This document shows positions 38,628 to 47,268 of a DNA stretch of 64,000 nucleotides, one piece after another. Source of the DNA: Thermoplasmata archaeon. GTDB taxonomy: Archaea > Thermoplasmatota > Thermoplasmata > Lutacidiplasmatales > UBA184. Numbering within the stretch: the stretch's first letter is position 1; each line of letters starts with the position of its first letter. The position numbers and the translations under genes were made by a program. Below the pieces are notes generated by a model. That model was not told where the DNA came from and did not search any database. It saw only the letters and a program-made list of their open reading frames with translations. The DNA lies in contig DATJVA010000001.1 in NCBI GenBank assembly GCA_035502015.1, positions 676-64,675 on the forward strand, in the 5' to 3' direction.

Positions 38628-39380
38628 TCAGCCGACGAGCGGCGACGGGGAGGCGATCGTGAGGTGGTGCAACAGCTCCGGAAGGTCCTTCGCGATCGCG
38701 GAGGCTCCCGCGGCGAGGAACCGGTCCTCGCTCATCGTCGAGTGGGTCGCCTCGGCCTCGCTCGGGTCGGGCATCAGCGCATAGAAGCGCACGCGCGCGC
38801 GTCGGGCGCACTCCGCGTCGAGCAGATGGTCCCCGATGTAGAGCGCCCGGTCGATCGGGACCTCCATCTCCTTGAGGAGCAACAGGAGCGCCTCGGGGGA
38901 CGGTTTCGCCGGCCCGGCCGAGCTCCGGCTCCGCAGGTAGGTGAAGTACGGCGCGAGCTGTGTTCGGAGGAGCGATTGACGGGCGAACGTCTCCGAGCTT
39001 CGAGTGAGCAGCCCGAGCCGGAACCCGCGGTCGGAGAGCGTCTTGAGAAGCTCGACGGCACCGGGGCGCGGTACCGTCCTCGGCAGCGCCTCCAGCTCGA
39101 TCGTGTCGATGCTCTTCTGGTAGTCCGCCTCGAATCGGTAGAGGACCCCGTCGGGTACGCCCGCGTTCCGCATCTCCTCCCGGGCGGCCTCGACGATGCG
39201 GTGGATCGGTTCCGTCACCGAGAGATGGCCCGGCATCACGCCGTACCGTTCGGCGATCCGGATCACCTCGGAGCGCATCCTCCCGAAGTCGTGGTGGGAG
39301 AGCACGAGCGTTCCATCGAGGTCGAAGACGACCCCGAGCAGCGGCTCCAAGAACTTCGGCTGGGAACCTGGGGGTGGCAT
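38628..39380 (-). CDS. HAD-superfamily hydrolase (phosphatase)
   Basis: VVFDLDGTLV (motif I DxD), ...LLTRS (motif II) and ...YIGDHLLD (motif IV). Confidence 0.8.
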   Translation of the reverse strand: MPPPGSQPKFLEPLLGVVFDLDGTLVLSHHDFGRMRSEVIRIAERYGVMPGHLSVTEPIHRIVEAAREEMRNAGVPDGVLYRFEADYQKSIDTIELEALPRTVPRPGAVELLKTLSDRGFRLGLLTRSSETFARQSLLRTQLAPYFTYLRSRSSAGPAKPSPEALLLLLKEMEVPIDRALYIGDHLLDAECARRARVRFYALMPDPSEAEATHSTMSEDRFLAAGASAIAKDLPELLHHLTIASPSPLVG

Positions 39381-39460
39381 TTCCCCTCCGTGACCGCTGC
39401 GAAGACGCGTGGCGCGATACGTTAATTGTTTGCCTCGAGGAGAACAGCCGGCGCGGCCGG

Positions 39461-39748
39461 TCAGGGGCTCAGGTGGTAGGCGAGCCCGTACCAGCTGCCC
39501 TGTTCCTTATCGAAGGTCGTGCCGCACTGGAAGCAGAAGAAGACCCGGAACGGGGGTTCCTTCGGTTCGACCTCCATGACTCCGCCGCAGATCGGGCAGC
39601 AGAGCTTACGGCCGACCTCGGGAAACCCATGCCAGGAGTCGCGCTTGCGGTCGTAGACGACCCCGTCGTTCCCGCAGACGAACATCGGGAACGGGACGTT
39701 CGGGGAGGTCGGTCCGCTCATCACCCGGCCGCAGACGGGGCAGAACAT
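39461..39748 (-). CDS. Tandem zinc-ribbon small protein (internal duplication)
   Basis: Start at MFCPVCG. Two copies of CP.CG.VM...F.C..CG..YD/FDK...W.. Confidence 0.45.
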   Translation of the reverse strand: MFCPVCGRVMSGPTSPNVPFPMFVCGNDGVVYDRKRDSWHGFPEVGRKLCCPICGGVMEVEPKEPPFRVFFCFQCGTTFDKEQGSWYGLAYHLSP

Positions 39749-39792
39749 TCGAACCCGGTACCGTCGCTCGGGTCGGAAAAACTTACCGCGCG

Positions 39793-41331
39793 CTAGGCGG
39801 CTCCCCGCGGTCGCTCGAGCGTGACGATCGATTCGCGCAGCTCGAAGCTCCGGCGCTGGCCGCTCCGGCGGCGACGAGCGACCTCGACCGAGGCGATTCT
39901 GAAGCCGCGCTCGGCCCCGAGGCGGGCAAGCAGGAGGTCTCCGGGGACGTACGCCCCGGCGAGCAGGGAATCCCCGACGACCACGACGAACCGTCCTCCC
40001 GGGACGAGGGCGCGGTAGACTCCGTCCAGTACAGGACGCAGGTCGGAGAAGTAGCGGTGGACGACCGCGTGCATATCGTCGCGGCGATACGACCCCTTCC
40101 GGGCAAGGTTCTCCCGGATGCGCGAAAGCACCTCCGAAAGCCAGGGGTCGGAGACCCGGCTCGTGTCGAGGTAGGCGGCCGCCTCGCGTCGGGGAAGGTT
40201 GTCGCACGCCACCTGCGCCCGACGGATCGCCGCGAGGTCGGCGTACGAATGCGCGTACCCCAGCCACGCGAGGTCGACCTTGTAGTTCATCACGTAGTCC
40301 ATCCCGTTCACGTACGGCGGGCTCGTGACCGCGAGCGCGACCGACCGAGCCCGCCAGCCACCGTGTCTCGCGTCCCGCGTCGTCACCTCCGCCGGGGGGC
40401 CCCAGCGGACCCGGTCCGCCTGCAAAGTGCCGAGGTCAACGACCATCTCGTCGACCGCGGTGCGGAACCGCTCCATCGGCGAGACCGCGGGCTCCTCCCG
40501 CGCCCTTCCGTAGCCGAGGCACGGGGACCGGTGGAGGCGGCTCGACGGGATGAGGATTCGACCGAAGGCGAGTCGCAGCGCCTCCGAGAGCGGGTCGACC
40601 TCTCGAGGGAGCGCATCGCGAAGTCGGGTGAGGTCCCGGAGCGCCGCCGAGGAGAACTGACGACGCGTCTCGCGAAGGAACGGCAGGCTCCCCACGGGGC
40701 GCCGCGCCGCCCGGCGGAGGACCCGCTCGGCCGCGGACGGGAGAGCTCGGGGGTCGAGTTCGAAGTGCGTCTTCACCCGGGCCGCGAGCGCCGCGGGGCC
40801 GAGAAGCTCCGTACCTACGGCGTGAGCGCCGGCGCGCCGTGCCTCGACGAGCGTGGTCCCGCTGCCGGCGAACGGGTCGAGGACGGTGGCGCGGTATGGA
40901 AGGTCGGCCTGGGCGATCACGCCCGCGACGAACTCGGCCGAGTACCCTTGGACGTACGGCCACCATCGGTGAACGGGAAGCGACTCGTTCGAGCGGAACG
41001 TGATCGGCCCGCGGTAGCGACCGAGGGTGACCCCGTTCTCCTTCTCGAACCGTTCCGCGAACTGCTGGGGGTCGACGAAGTCGTGGCGCTCGGCCAGCCG
41101 CTCGTAGTCCCGCAGGACGAACAGCCCTCGGCCCATCCGCAGCACGTCGCCCCGGCTCCGCATTGCGTCGAGGACGGTGGCCACGCGGTCGGCGCGGTCG
41201 TCGAGGCGAGAGGCGATCTGACGGACCGTGGCCCCGATCGCCCCGGTCTCCCCGAGGACCTCCCGTACCGCCCCCGCGAGGCTCTCGTGGTCCGAACCGG
41301 CCATCGCCGCCGGAGGACGCCACGAGGTCAT
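39793..41331 (-). CDS. Amino-DNA methyltransferase (N4-C/N6-A; motif I FAGSGTT then motif IV TSPPY) with N-terminal winged-helix domain; no cognate endonuclease seen
   Basis: VLDPFAGSGTTLVEARRAG (AdoMet motif I, about aa 150) and LAVTSPPYVNGMDY (motif IV, about aa 340). The order I...IV with about 190 aa between suggests an alpha-like architecture. Confidence 0.6.
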   Translation of the reverse strand: MTSWRPPAAMAGSDHESLAGAVREVLGETGAIGATVRQIASRLDDRADRVATVLDAMRSRGDVLRMGRGLFVLRDYERLAERHDFVDPQQFAERFEKENGVTLGRYRGPITFRSNESLPVHRWWPYVQGYSAEFVAGVIAQADLPYRATVLDPFAGSGTTLVEARRAGAHAVGTELLGPAALAARVKTHFELDPRALPSAAERVLRRAARRPVGSLPFLRETRRQFSSAALRDLTRLRDALPREVDPLSEALRLAFGRILIPSSRLHRSPCLGYGRAREEPAVSPMERFRTAVDEMVVDLGTLQADRVRWGPPAEVTTRDARHGGWRARSVALAVTSPPYVNGMDYVMNYKVDLAWLGYAHSYADLAAIRRAQVACDNLPRREAAAYLDTSRVSDPWLSEVLSRIRENLARKGSYRRDDMHAVVHRYFSDLRPVLDGVYRALVPGGRFVVVVGDSLLAGAYVPGDLLLARLGAERGFRIASVEVARRRRSGQRRSFELRESIVTLERPRGAA

Positions 41332-41348
41332 AACGGCACGACCGCGGT

Positions 41349-42239
41349 TCAGCGACGAGAGACGGAAGGACGGGTCGCCGGGGTCTCCGGAAGGCGAACG
41401 GCCGTGTCGAGGGATCCGAGGATCTGTTTTCGTCTTCGCCGTCGGTCGTCCCGGAGTTGCTCGGCCCAGTCGGTCTTCCGGACGTCGTCGTCCAGCCCGA
41501 CGAGGATCATGTCAAGGTCGTGGAGGTCCCCGAGGTCCTTCTGGAGCCGGGCGAGAGAGCTCGGGAACGCGCGCTCGTGCTCCGGGTCGAGCACGACCGC
41601 GAGGTCGGAGAATTGGCGGGCCCGACGGATTCGTATCCGCAGTCGGTGCAGACGTTCCATGGTCGGACGGCGAACCGCTTTGCGATGGGCCGCCGCCAGC
41701 TTCTGGTGAGTGCGGTCGTGGGCGGCTCGCACGGCCCGACGACTGTCCCGGAACGAACCCGAGCGGGGAAGGCTCCGGAGCCGCTCGGCGACGTCGTCGA
41801 GGAGCCGTGCCTGGCGCTCAGAGCGGAGGAAGGCGCGCAGGAGCTCCCGTCCCGTCCGGGCATCGTCCTGTACCCTCTTTCGGTACTGTTCGACCCGCTC
41901 GGTGTCCCGACGGGACGCCGACGCCCGGTCGAACCGCTGGAGGAGGGCGAGCGCGATGTCCCGGTCGCGGATCCGTCCAACGAGACGCGAAAGGCGCTTC
42001 ACGCGGACGTCCAGCGGGTGGAGGAGCTCGCGCTCCGCGCCGGGGAGCAGCGCTTCCCAAAGGGCGAGGCCGGTCCGCAACTTGCGCATCTGACGATGGA
42101 GGCGATGAAGGCTCTCCGGGGACGGGTGAGGGGCGGCGACCACGAAGTCGACCGCCTTCGTGACATCCTCGAGGATCCGCGCGATTTCGCGTGCGACGAG
42201 CTCGGGACGGATGGCGCCGTTGCGCTCGCTCGGGGCCAT
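41349..42239 (-). CDS. CHAD-domain protein (conserved histidine alpha-helical domain; polyphosphate-associated)
   Basis: All-helical, Arg/His-rich with repeated H.LR..R.LR patterns (ESLHRLHRQMRKLRTGLALWE..., ...RLHRLRIRIRRARQ). Divergent from ppx. Confidence 0.65.
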   Translation of the reverse strand: MAPSERNGAIRPELVAREIARILEDVTKAVDFVVAAPHPSPESLHRLHRQMRKLRTGLALWEALLPGAERELLHPLDVRVKRLSRLVGRIRDRDIALALLQRFDRASASRRDTERVEQYRKRVQDDARTGRELLRAFLRSERQARLLDDVAERLRSLPRSGSFRDSRRAVRAAHDRTHQKLAAAHRKAVRRPTMERLHRLRIRIRRARQFSDLAVVLDPEHERAFPSSLARLQKDLGDLHDLDMILVGLDDDVRKTDWAEQLRDDRRRRRKQILGSLDTAVRLPETPATRPSVSRR

Positions 42240-42328
42240 CCGGAACCCTCGGCCGGGCAGACCAAGTCCCCCACCTAAACCATTCGGAAGGGGCGGTCCC
42301 TAAGCCGGATTTCACCCGAGCCCTCATA

Positions 42329-42342
42329 GAGACGTACGTCTC
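42329..42342. promoter_or_regulatory. Perfect 14-bp palindrome GAGACGTACGTCTC in the CHAD/ppx divergent promoter region
   Basis: Read directly. Lies just 3' of a TATA-like TCATAGAG positioned about 27 nt upstream of the 42353 ATG. Confidence 0.35.
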
Positions 42343-42352
42343 TCGTCTCCTC

Positions 42353-43909
42353 ATGCACCGGGCCCGTCTCGCTGACCTCGAGCGAGACGGTCGTCCGGCC
42401 CGCTCGGAGTCGACCATCGGCGTGATGGACATCGGCTCGAACACGGCCCGGTGCGTTGTGTTCGACGCCTCGACGGCGGGTACGGTGCGACCGGTCTACG
42501 AAACGAAGGACGCGCCTCGCCTCGGCTCCGGGACCGGGGCCGATGGGAGCCTCTCTCCCGAGGCGATGGTGCGCGGCGTCACGACCGTCCGCCGTTTCGC
42601 GCGCACGCTGCGGGCGTTCAAGGTGCCGAAGACGCTCGCCGTGGCGACGAGCGCTGTCCGGGACGCTCCGAACGGCCCCGACTTCGTCCGGGACGTCGCA
42701 CGGGCGACCGGGGTGACGCTCCGAACGATCTCGGGAACCGAGGAAGCGCGGTACGCCTACCTCGGGCTCGCGAGCGCCTGGGAGCTCTCAAACGACCTCG
42801 TCTGCGACCTGGGCGGTGGGTCGCTCCAGATCGCGGAGGTGCGTGACGGAGCGCTCCGCAACTCCGTGAGCCTTCCCCTCGGAGCCTTGCGGCTCTCCCA
42901 GCGGTTCTTCGACCACGACCCTCCGAAGCGCCGGGAGTACGACGCGCTGCGCGAGCACGTGCAGGGGACGCTCGCCTCCGTACTCGAGGCGTTCGGTGGG
43001 ACCCGCTACCGTCTCTTCGGGGTCGGGGGCACCGTCCGGTCGCTCGCCCGCGCGGCGATCGAGTTCCGCGAGTACCCCGTGCGCCGGGTCCATGGCTATC
43101 CGCTCTACGAGAACGACATCGAGGCGCTCGAGGAGCTCCTCGGAGAGATGCCGAGCACGCGGCGTCGCGCGATCCCCGGCATCGGGGGCGACCGAGCGGA
43201 CGTCGTGCTCGCGGGGATCGTCGTCTTCTCCGAGCTTCTGCGCGCGGTGAAGGTGGACCGGATCATCGTCTCGGGCACGGGGATCCGGGAAGGGATCGCG
43301 CTCGAGTCGGTCGGGGCAAAGCTCCCGGCGCCGGCCGAGACGCTCGCCGCGCGGTCGGCCGCGGCCGCCTCCGAGTCGTTCGCTTTCGACCTCGAGCACG
43401 GGCGCGAGGTCGCCGATACGGCGACGACGCTGTTCCGTCTCCTCGCCGACCGTTTCGAGGCGGGGCGGAGCGAGGAGCTGGCGCTCCGCGTCGCCGCGTG
43501 GATGCACGACGCGGGGGTGGCAGTCGACCTGTGGAACCACGCCCGACACTCCTCCTACCTGATCCAGAACTACCCGATCTGGGGGCTCGACCAGCGGGAA
43601 GTGCTTCTCGCCGCGATGGCGGCGTACCTTCACGAAGGGACCGCGGCTCCCTCCGAGTGGAAGAAGGGGTTCCTTCCGATCATCCATCCTCCCGACCTGG
43701 AGAACGCGGTCCGCCTCGGCGCGATCCTCGGGGTCGCGGAGATCCTTGCCCCCGTCCACCCCCGGTTCTCCCTCGCGGGCGACGGTCGCACGCTGGCAGT
43801 GAGCTTTTCTACGACGAGCAGTACGACCCTTCCCCCGCGGTGGGCCGAGAAGGTTCGCAAGCCGATGGAACGGGTGTTCGAGCTCGAGGTGCGTCATCGA
43901 GATGCCTGA
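42353..43909 (+). CDS. ppx: Ppx/GppA-family exopolyphosphatase/guanosine pentaphosphatase with C-terminal HD-like domain
   Basis: MDIGSNTARCVVF (actin-fold phosphate-1 motif), ...DLGGGS..., and C-terminal WMHDAGVAVDLWNHARHS. Start 42353 (leaderless) or 42422/42425. Confidence 0.85.
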   Translation: MHRARLADLERDGRPARSESTIGVMDIGSNTARCVVFDASTAGTVRPVYETKDAPRLGSGTGADGSLSPEAMVRGVTTVRRFARTLRAFKVPKTLAVATSAVRDAPNGPDFVRDVARATGVTLRTISGTEEARYAYLGLASAWELSNDLVCDLGGGSLQIAEVRDGALRNSVSLPLGALRLSQRFFDHDPPKRREYDALREHVQGTLASVLEAFGGTRYRLFGVGGTVRSLARAAIEFREYPVRRVHGYPLYENDIEALEELLGEMPSTRRRAIPGIGGDRADVVLAGIVVFSELLRAVKVDRIIVSGTGIREGIALESVGAKLPAPAETLAARSAAAASESFAFDLEHGREVADTATTLFRLLADRFEAGRSEELALRVAAWMHDAGVAVDLWNHARHSSYLIQNYPIWGLDQREVLLAAMAAYLHEGTAAPSEWKKGFLPIIHPPDLENAVRLGAILGVAEILAPVHPRFSLAGDGRTLAVSFSTTSSTTLPPRWAEKVRKPMERVFELEVRHRDA

Positions 43910-44600
43910 GATCCCCTCACCGAACCACGGCTTTCCCGGTCGGTTGCTGGTCTTTGAGGGCCTCGACGGGAGCGGCAAGTCGACCCAGGCGGCGCTGCTC
44001 GGGAAGTGGCTCCAGTCGAACGGCTACCGGGTCTTCTTCACCGAGTGGAACTCCTCCGAGCTCGTCTCGAGCACGATCCGGCGCGGAAAGAAGAAGGGCC
44101 TTCTCACGCCCACGACCTTCTCGCTCCTGCACGCGGTCGACTTCGCGGACCGGTTCGAGCGGAAGATCCTGCCGCCCCTGCGGGCGGGGTATCTTGTCGT
44201 CTGCGACCGGTACGCCTACACGGCGTTCGTCCGGGACGCGGCCCGTGGCTGCGACCCGGCGTGGGTCCGCATGATCTACTCGTTCGCTCCGCGACCGGAC
44301 CGCGTGTTCTACTTCCGGGTCCCGGTGGCGGTGACGCTGAAGCGCAAGCTCGCCTCGCGCCTCAAGATGAACTACTACGAGGCCGGGATGGACCTGGGAC
44401 TCTCGGACGACCTCGTCGAGAGCTACCAGCGGTTCCAGGGGCGCCTGAAGCGCGAATACGACCGCCTCTCGACGATCGACGACTTCCGGGTGATCGACGC
44501 GACGCGCTCGGTCGAGGCGATCCAGGCGAACCTGCGCGCCGACCTGAAACCCCTGCTCGCAAAGTTCCCGACGGGAACGCGGTTGATGCATGATGGATAG
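43902..44600 (+). CDS. tmk: Thymidylate kinase family protein (paralog 1)
   Basis: LVFEGLDGSGKST (P-loop), ...LTPTTFSLLHAVDFADRFERKILPPLRAGYLVVCDRYAYTAFV (DRY motif), PDRVFYFRVP (lid). Overlaps the ppx stop by 8 nt. Confidence 0.75.
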   Translation: MPEIPSPNHGFPGRLLVFEGLDGSGKSTQAALLGKWLQSNGYRVFFTEWNSSELVSSTIRRGKKKGLLTPTTFSLLHAVDFADRFERKILPPLRAGYLVVCDRYAYTAFVRDAARGCDPAWVRMIYSFAPRPDRVFYFRVPVAVTLKRKLASRLKMNYYEAGMDLGLSDDLVESYQRFQGRLKREYDRLSTIDDFRVIDATRSVEAIQANLRADLKPLLAKFPTGTRLMHDG

Positions 44601-45306
44601 GACGTACGGTACCCGGCTTCCCGGGATGACGGAGGACGAGCTCGTCGGGAAGCTCGTCGTCGTCGAAGGGGCCGACGGTTCGGGACGGACGACCGAGGTC
44701 GCCCTCCTCCGGCAGTGGCTCGAGGTCGAGGGCCACGCGGTCGTCGATACCGGGTTGCGTCGCTCCGACCTCGTGAGCGGCGAGATCGACCGCGCGAAGC
44801 AGGGCCACACGCTCGCGTCGACCACCATGGCGCTCCTCTACGCCGCCGACTTCGCCGACCAGCTCGAGAACAAGATCGTCCCGGCGCTCGCGGCCGGAAG
44901 CACCGTCCTCGCCGACCGGTACATCTACACCCTGATGGCGCGCGCGATCGCCCGCGGCGCCTCCCGGGAGTACGCCCGCCAGCTGTACGGCTTCGCCCTC
45001 CGTCCCGACCTGGTCGTCTTCCTCGATGCCCGTCCCGAGATCCTGCTCCACCGGTCGATCGGGAAGTACGGGTCCCTCGACTACTGGGAGTCCGGGATGG
45101 ACCTCTGCCTCTCCCGCGACCTCTTCGAGAGCTTCTTCCTCTACCAGGACCTCCTCTCGAAGGAGTTCGAGTGGATGGCCGCGAAGTACGGATTCCACAC
45201 CGTCGACGCGAACGGCAGTCCGGAGCAGGTCCACGCGGACGTCCAGCGACTGGTGGCCCCCCTGTACGACCCACCGCGTCGCGCGGCCCGACGACGGCGA
45301 CGCTGA
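44590..45306 (+). CDS. Thymidylate kinase family protein (paralog 2)
   Basis: VVVEGADGSGRTT, ...ALLYAADFADQLENKIVPALAAGSTVLADRYIYT, PDLVVFLDARP. Overlaps paralog 1 by 11 nt. Confidence 0.7.
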   Translation: MMDRTYGTRLPGMTEDELVGKLVVVEGADGSGRTTEVALLRQWLEVEGHAVVDTGLRRSDLVSGEIDRAKQGHTLASTTMALLYAADFADQLENKIVPALAAGSTVLADRYIYTLMARAIARGASREYARQLYGFALRPDLVVFLDARPEILLHRSIGKYGSLDYWESGMDLCLSRDLFESFFLYQDLLSKEFEWMAAKYGFHTVDANGSPEQVHADVQRLVAPLYDPPRRAARRRRR

Positions 45307-45356
45307 CGGTACGGTCTACCTGGTCGGCCGCTCGTGCAACGGCGGTGGGAACGACC

Positions 45357-45893
45357 CTAGTCGCGTTTCGCGGCGAGCTGTTTTCGAGTCAGTAGCCAGA
45401 CGAGGCGTCCCGCACCCGGGCGAACCGAGTTCGAGAACTCGAGACAGACCGCTCCACCTTTCGTGAGGTGGACCACGGAGAGGCCCTCTCCGGTGAGCGC
45501 CTCGCCCACGAACTCCGCGAGCGTCGGCTCGTGCCCGACCAGCACGACGGTCTCCTTCGGATGCGCTGAGCGACGGATCCGGTCGAAGATCGGGGTCGCC
45601 AGGTTGCCCGGCGCGAGCTCCTCCCACGTCTCGGGAGTAGGAGCCTTCGACAGCTCCCGACGGATCAGTTCCGCCGTGCGGAGGGCGCGGTCGGCCGAAC
45701 TGGACGCGAGCCGGTCGGCGGAGCGGACGACGTGGGCGAGCCCCTTCGCCGCCCGGCGTGTCTCGCCCTCGCCCTTGCGAGTGAGCGGCCGAAGGTCGTC
45801 ATCCGGCCAACGAGCGGGGTCCCGGACCTCGGCGGGGCCGTGACGAACGGCGATGACACGAATCGCTTTGGAGCGAACCTGCTTGCGCGGCAC
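45357..45893 (-). CDS. Histidine-phosphatase superfamily protein (SixA/phosphohistidine phosphatase-like)
   Basis: VIAVRHGPAE (RHG catalytic motif) ... VVLVGHEPTL (second His), about 178 aa. Confidence 0.7.
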   Translation of the reverse strand: MPRKQVRSKAIRVIAVRHGPAEVRDPARWPDDDLRPLTRKGEGETRRAAKGLAHVVRSADRLASSSADRALRTAELIRRELSKAPTPETWEELAPGNLATPIFDRIRRSAHPKETVVLVGHEPTLAEFVGEALTGEGLSVVHLTKGGAVCLEFSNSVRPGAGRLVWLLTRKQLAAKRD

Positions 45894-45946
45894 GGGTCCG
45901 TAGGGGGACCCAAGGCAGGCGTCGTGGTAGAAAATCTCTCCGCTGG

Positions 45947-46882
45947 CTATGGAGGCTGGGCCGGGATCGCGGCAATACGTCGTCCGTGCGCTTTTGCGTC
46001 GGACCCGGCCGCCGGGGCACAGCGGTCGAGCGCAACTTGCGCGATGTCCTGGGAGTAGGCGACCGTCCGGCCGATCGATTCGAGGATCCGGGTCACCGCG
46101 GCGGCGGTCGCCGGGGGCATCGTTCCACCCCCGACCGCCGGGAGCAGACGCTCGGAAAGGGCCCGACCGGAAGCCTGGAGCGCCTCGCCAATGTCGAGCA
46201 GGTCGTTCGCCGCCGCGTCGTTCGCGACCTCGAGAACCCCTTCGAGATGCTCCATCGCTTGATGGTGGAACTGGTGGAGGGTCGTCACGGGTCCGCCCCC
46301 GCTCGGAAGGTCAACAAGCCGCCGTCCCACCTCGCCGATCACGACCGCGTGGTCGGCAATCCGCTCAAGGCTCCGTGCGGTCGTCCACGGGCCCAGCCAC
46401 TCAGACCCCCGTCCGCCGGCGCCAAGGCGGATCACCGCGACCCGTTCTACGTACCACGCCTCTCGGTCGATCTCGTCGTCGCGTCGTTCCCAGTACCCGT
46501 CCTCCAGGAACGGAAGATGGGACCAGCTCTCCACGGCCTCTCGGTGGAAGTCGACAACGAGCCGCCCCATGCGGACGATCCGCTGCTCGAGGGGGATCGG
46601 GCTTTCGAACGCGAGGTCGCGCAGCTGGACGGAGCCCGGCTCGTCCGAAATGATCTCGGGCTGGCGGGTCCTCCGGCAGAAGGTGCGGACCACGTCCCGC
46701 GTGCCGGCACTGATCGTCGGACGCTCCCGCACCGAGAACTGGCGGGCTCCGGCAAGGTACGCTCCCAGGAGGCGGCGGAAGAGGTGCTCGGATGGCTCTC
46801 CTCGGCTCACGTAGAGGACCACCTCTTCGATTGCGGCCGTTTGGTCGATCGGATCGCGCTTTGCGCCGGACGCCGCGCGCAT
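45947..46882 (-). CDS. PhoU-domain phosphate-uptake-regulator-like protein (start uncertain: 46882, 46984 or 47011)
   Basis: Two PhoU-type helical repeats (IVRMGRLVVDFHREAVESW and SLERIADHAVVIGEVGRRL, cf. ERIGDHA.NIAE). Confidence 0.6.
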   Translation of the reverse strand: MRAASGAKRDPIDQTAAIEEVVLYVSRGEPSEHLFRRLLGAYLAGARQFSVRERPTISAGTRDVVRTFCRRTRQPEIISDEPGSVQLRDLAFESPIPLEQRIVRMGRLVVDFHREAVESWSHLPFLEDGYWERRDDEIDREAWYVERVAVIRLGAGGRGSEWLGPWTTARSLERIADHAVVIGEVGRRLVDLPSGGGPVTTLHQFHHQAMEHLEGVLEVANDAAANDLLDIGEALQASGRALSERLLPAVGGGTMPPATAAAVTRILESIGRTVAYSQDIAQVALDRCAPAAGSDAKAHGRRIAAIPAQPP

Positions 46883-47009
46883 CCCGCTGGAACGCTCGGG
46901 TCGGTGCTCACTTGGCCAACGGGGGGGACCCGGCGGCGACGTGGAAGAGCCTCCGCTCGCCCCCTCGGGAATCTTGGTCTTCATCGGTACAGGAATGGCC
47001 GCCGTGCGC

Positions 47010-47066
47010 ATATATAGAGTTTGAATTTAGACTATAGTTCATACTATAGCTATTGTTTACCTATCG
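47010..47066 (-). promoter_or_regulatory. AT-rich island (about 25% GC) with TATATAGAG and two ACTATAG direct repeats (CTATAG palindromic cores) immediately upstream of the PhoU-like ORF
   Basis: tatatagagtttgaatttagactatagttcatactatagctattgtttacc. It is the only strongly AT-rich stretch in the window. Confidence 0.45.
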
Positions 47067-47268
47067 GGACGCCCGATGCGCGGCTCTGCCCATTCGTAGT
47101 GGCCGAGGGCGCTTTCTGAGCCGGTCGGGCGGAGTTCGGCCACGGGTTCGAGGTCCGCGCGCCGGACGTCGCACACTGGCGTGATGGTTCCCCCATCGGC
47201 GAGAAAGTGCCGGACGGCACGTCAGGGCAGAGTCCATAAGCGGGGTCCGCATCCCTCGCGGTAAGGTC

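Noticed and set aside
40057-43978. ORFs 40057..41709(+), 40436..41323(-), 41228..42163(+), 41457..42278(+), 42788..43978(-) across the MTase/CHAD/ppx region
   Set aside because: Antisense or out of frame with genes that carry clear motifs (FAGSGTT/SPPY, CHAD repeats, Ppx DIGSN).
47010-47066. AT-rich island considered as a remnant of a mobile element, integration site or small RNA gene
   Set aside because: No flanking direct or inverted repeats, no integrase/transposase nearby, and it is too short to be an RNA gene. A promoter/operator reading fits its position at a gene start better. It is kept as a finding.
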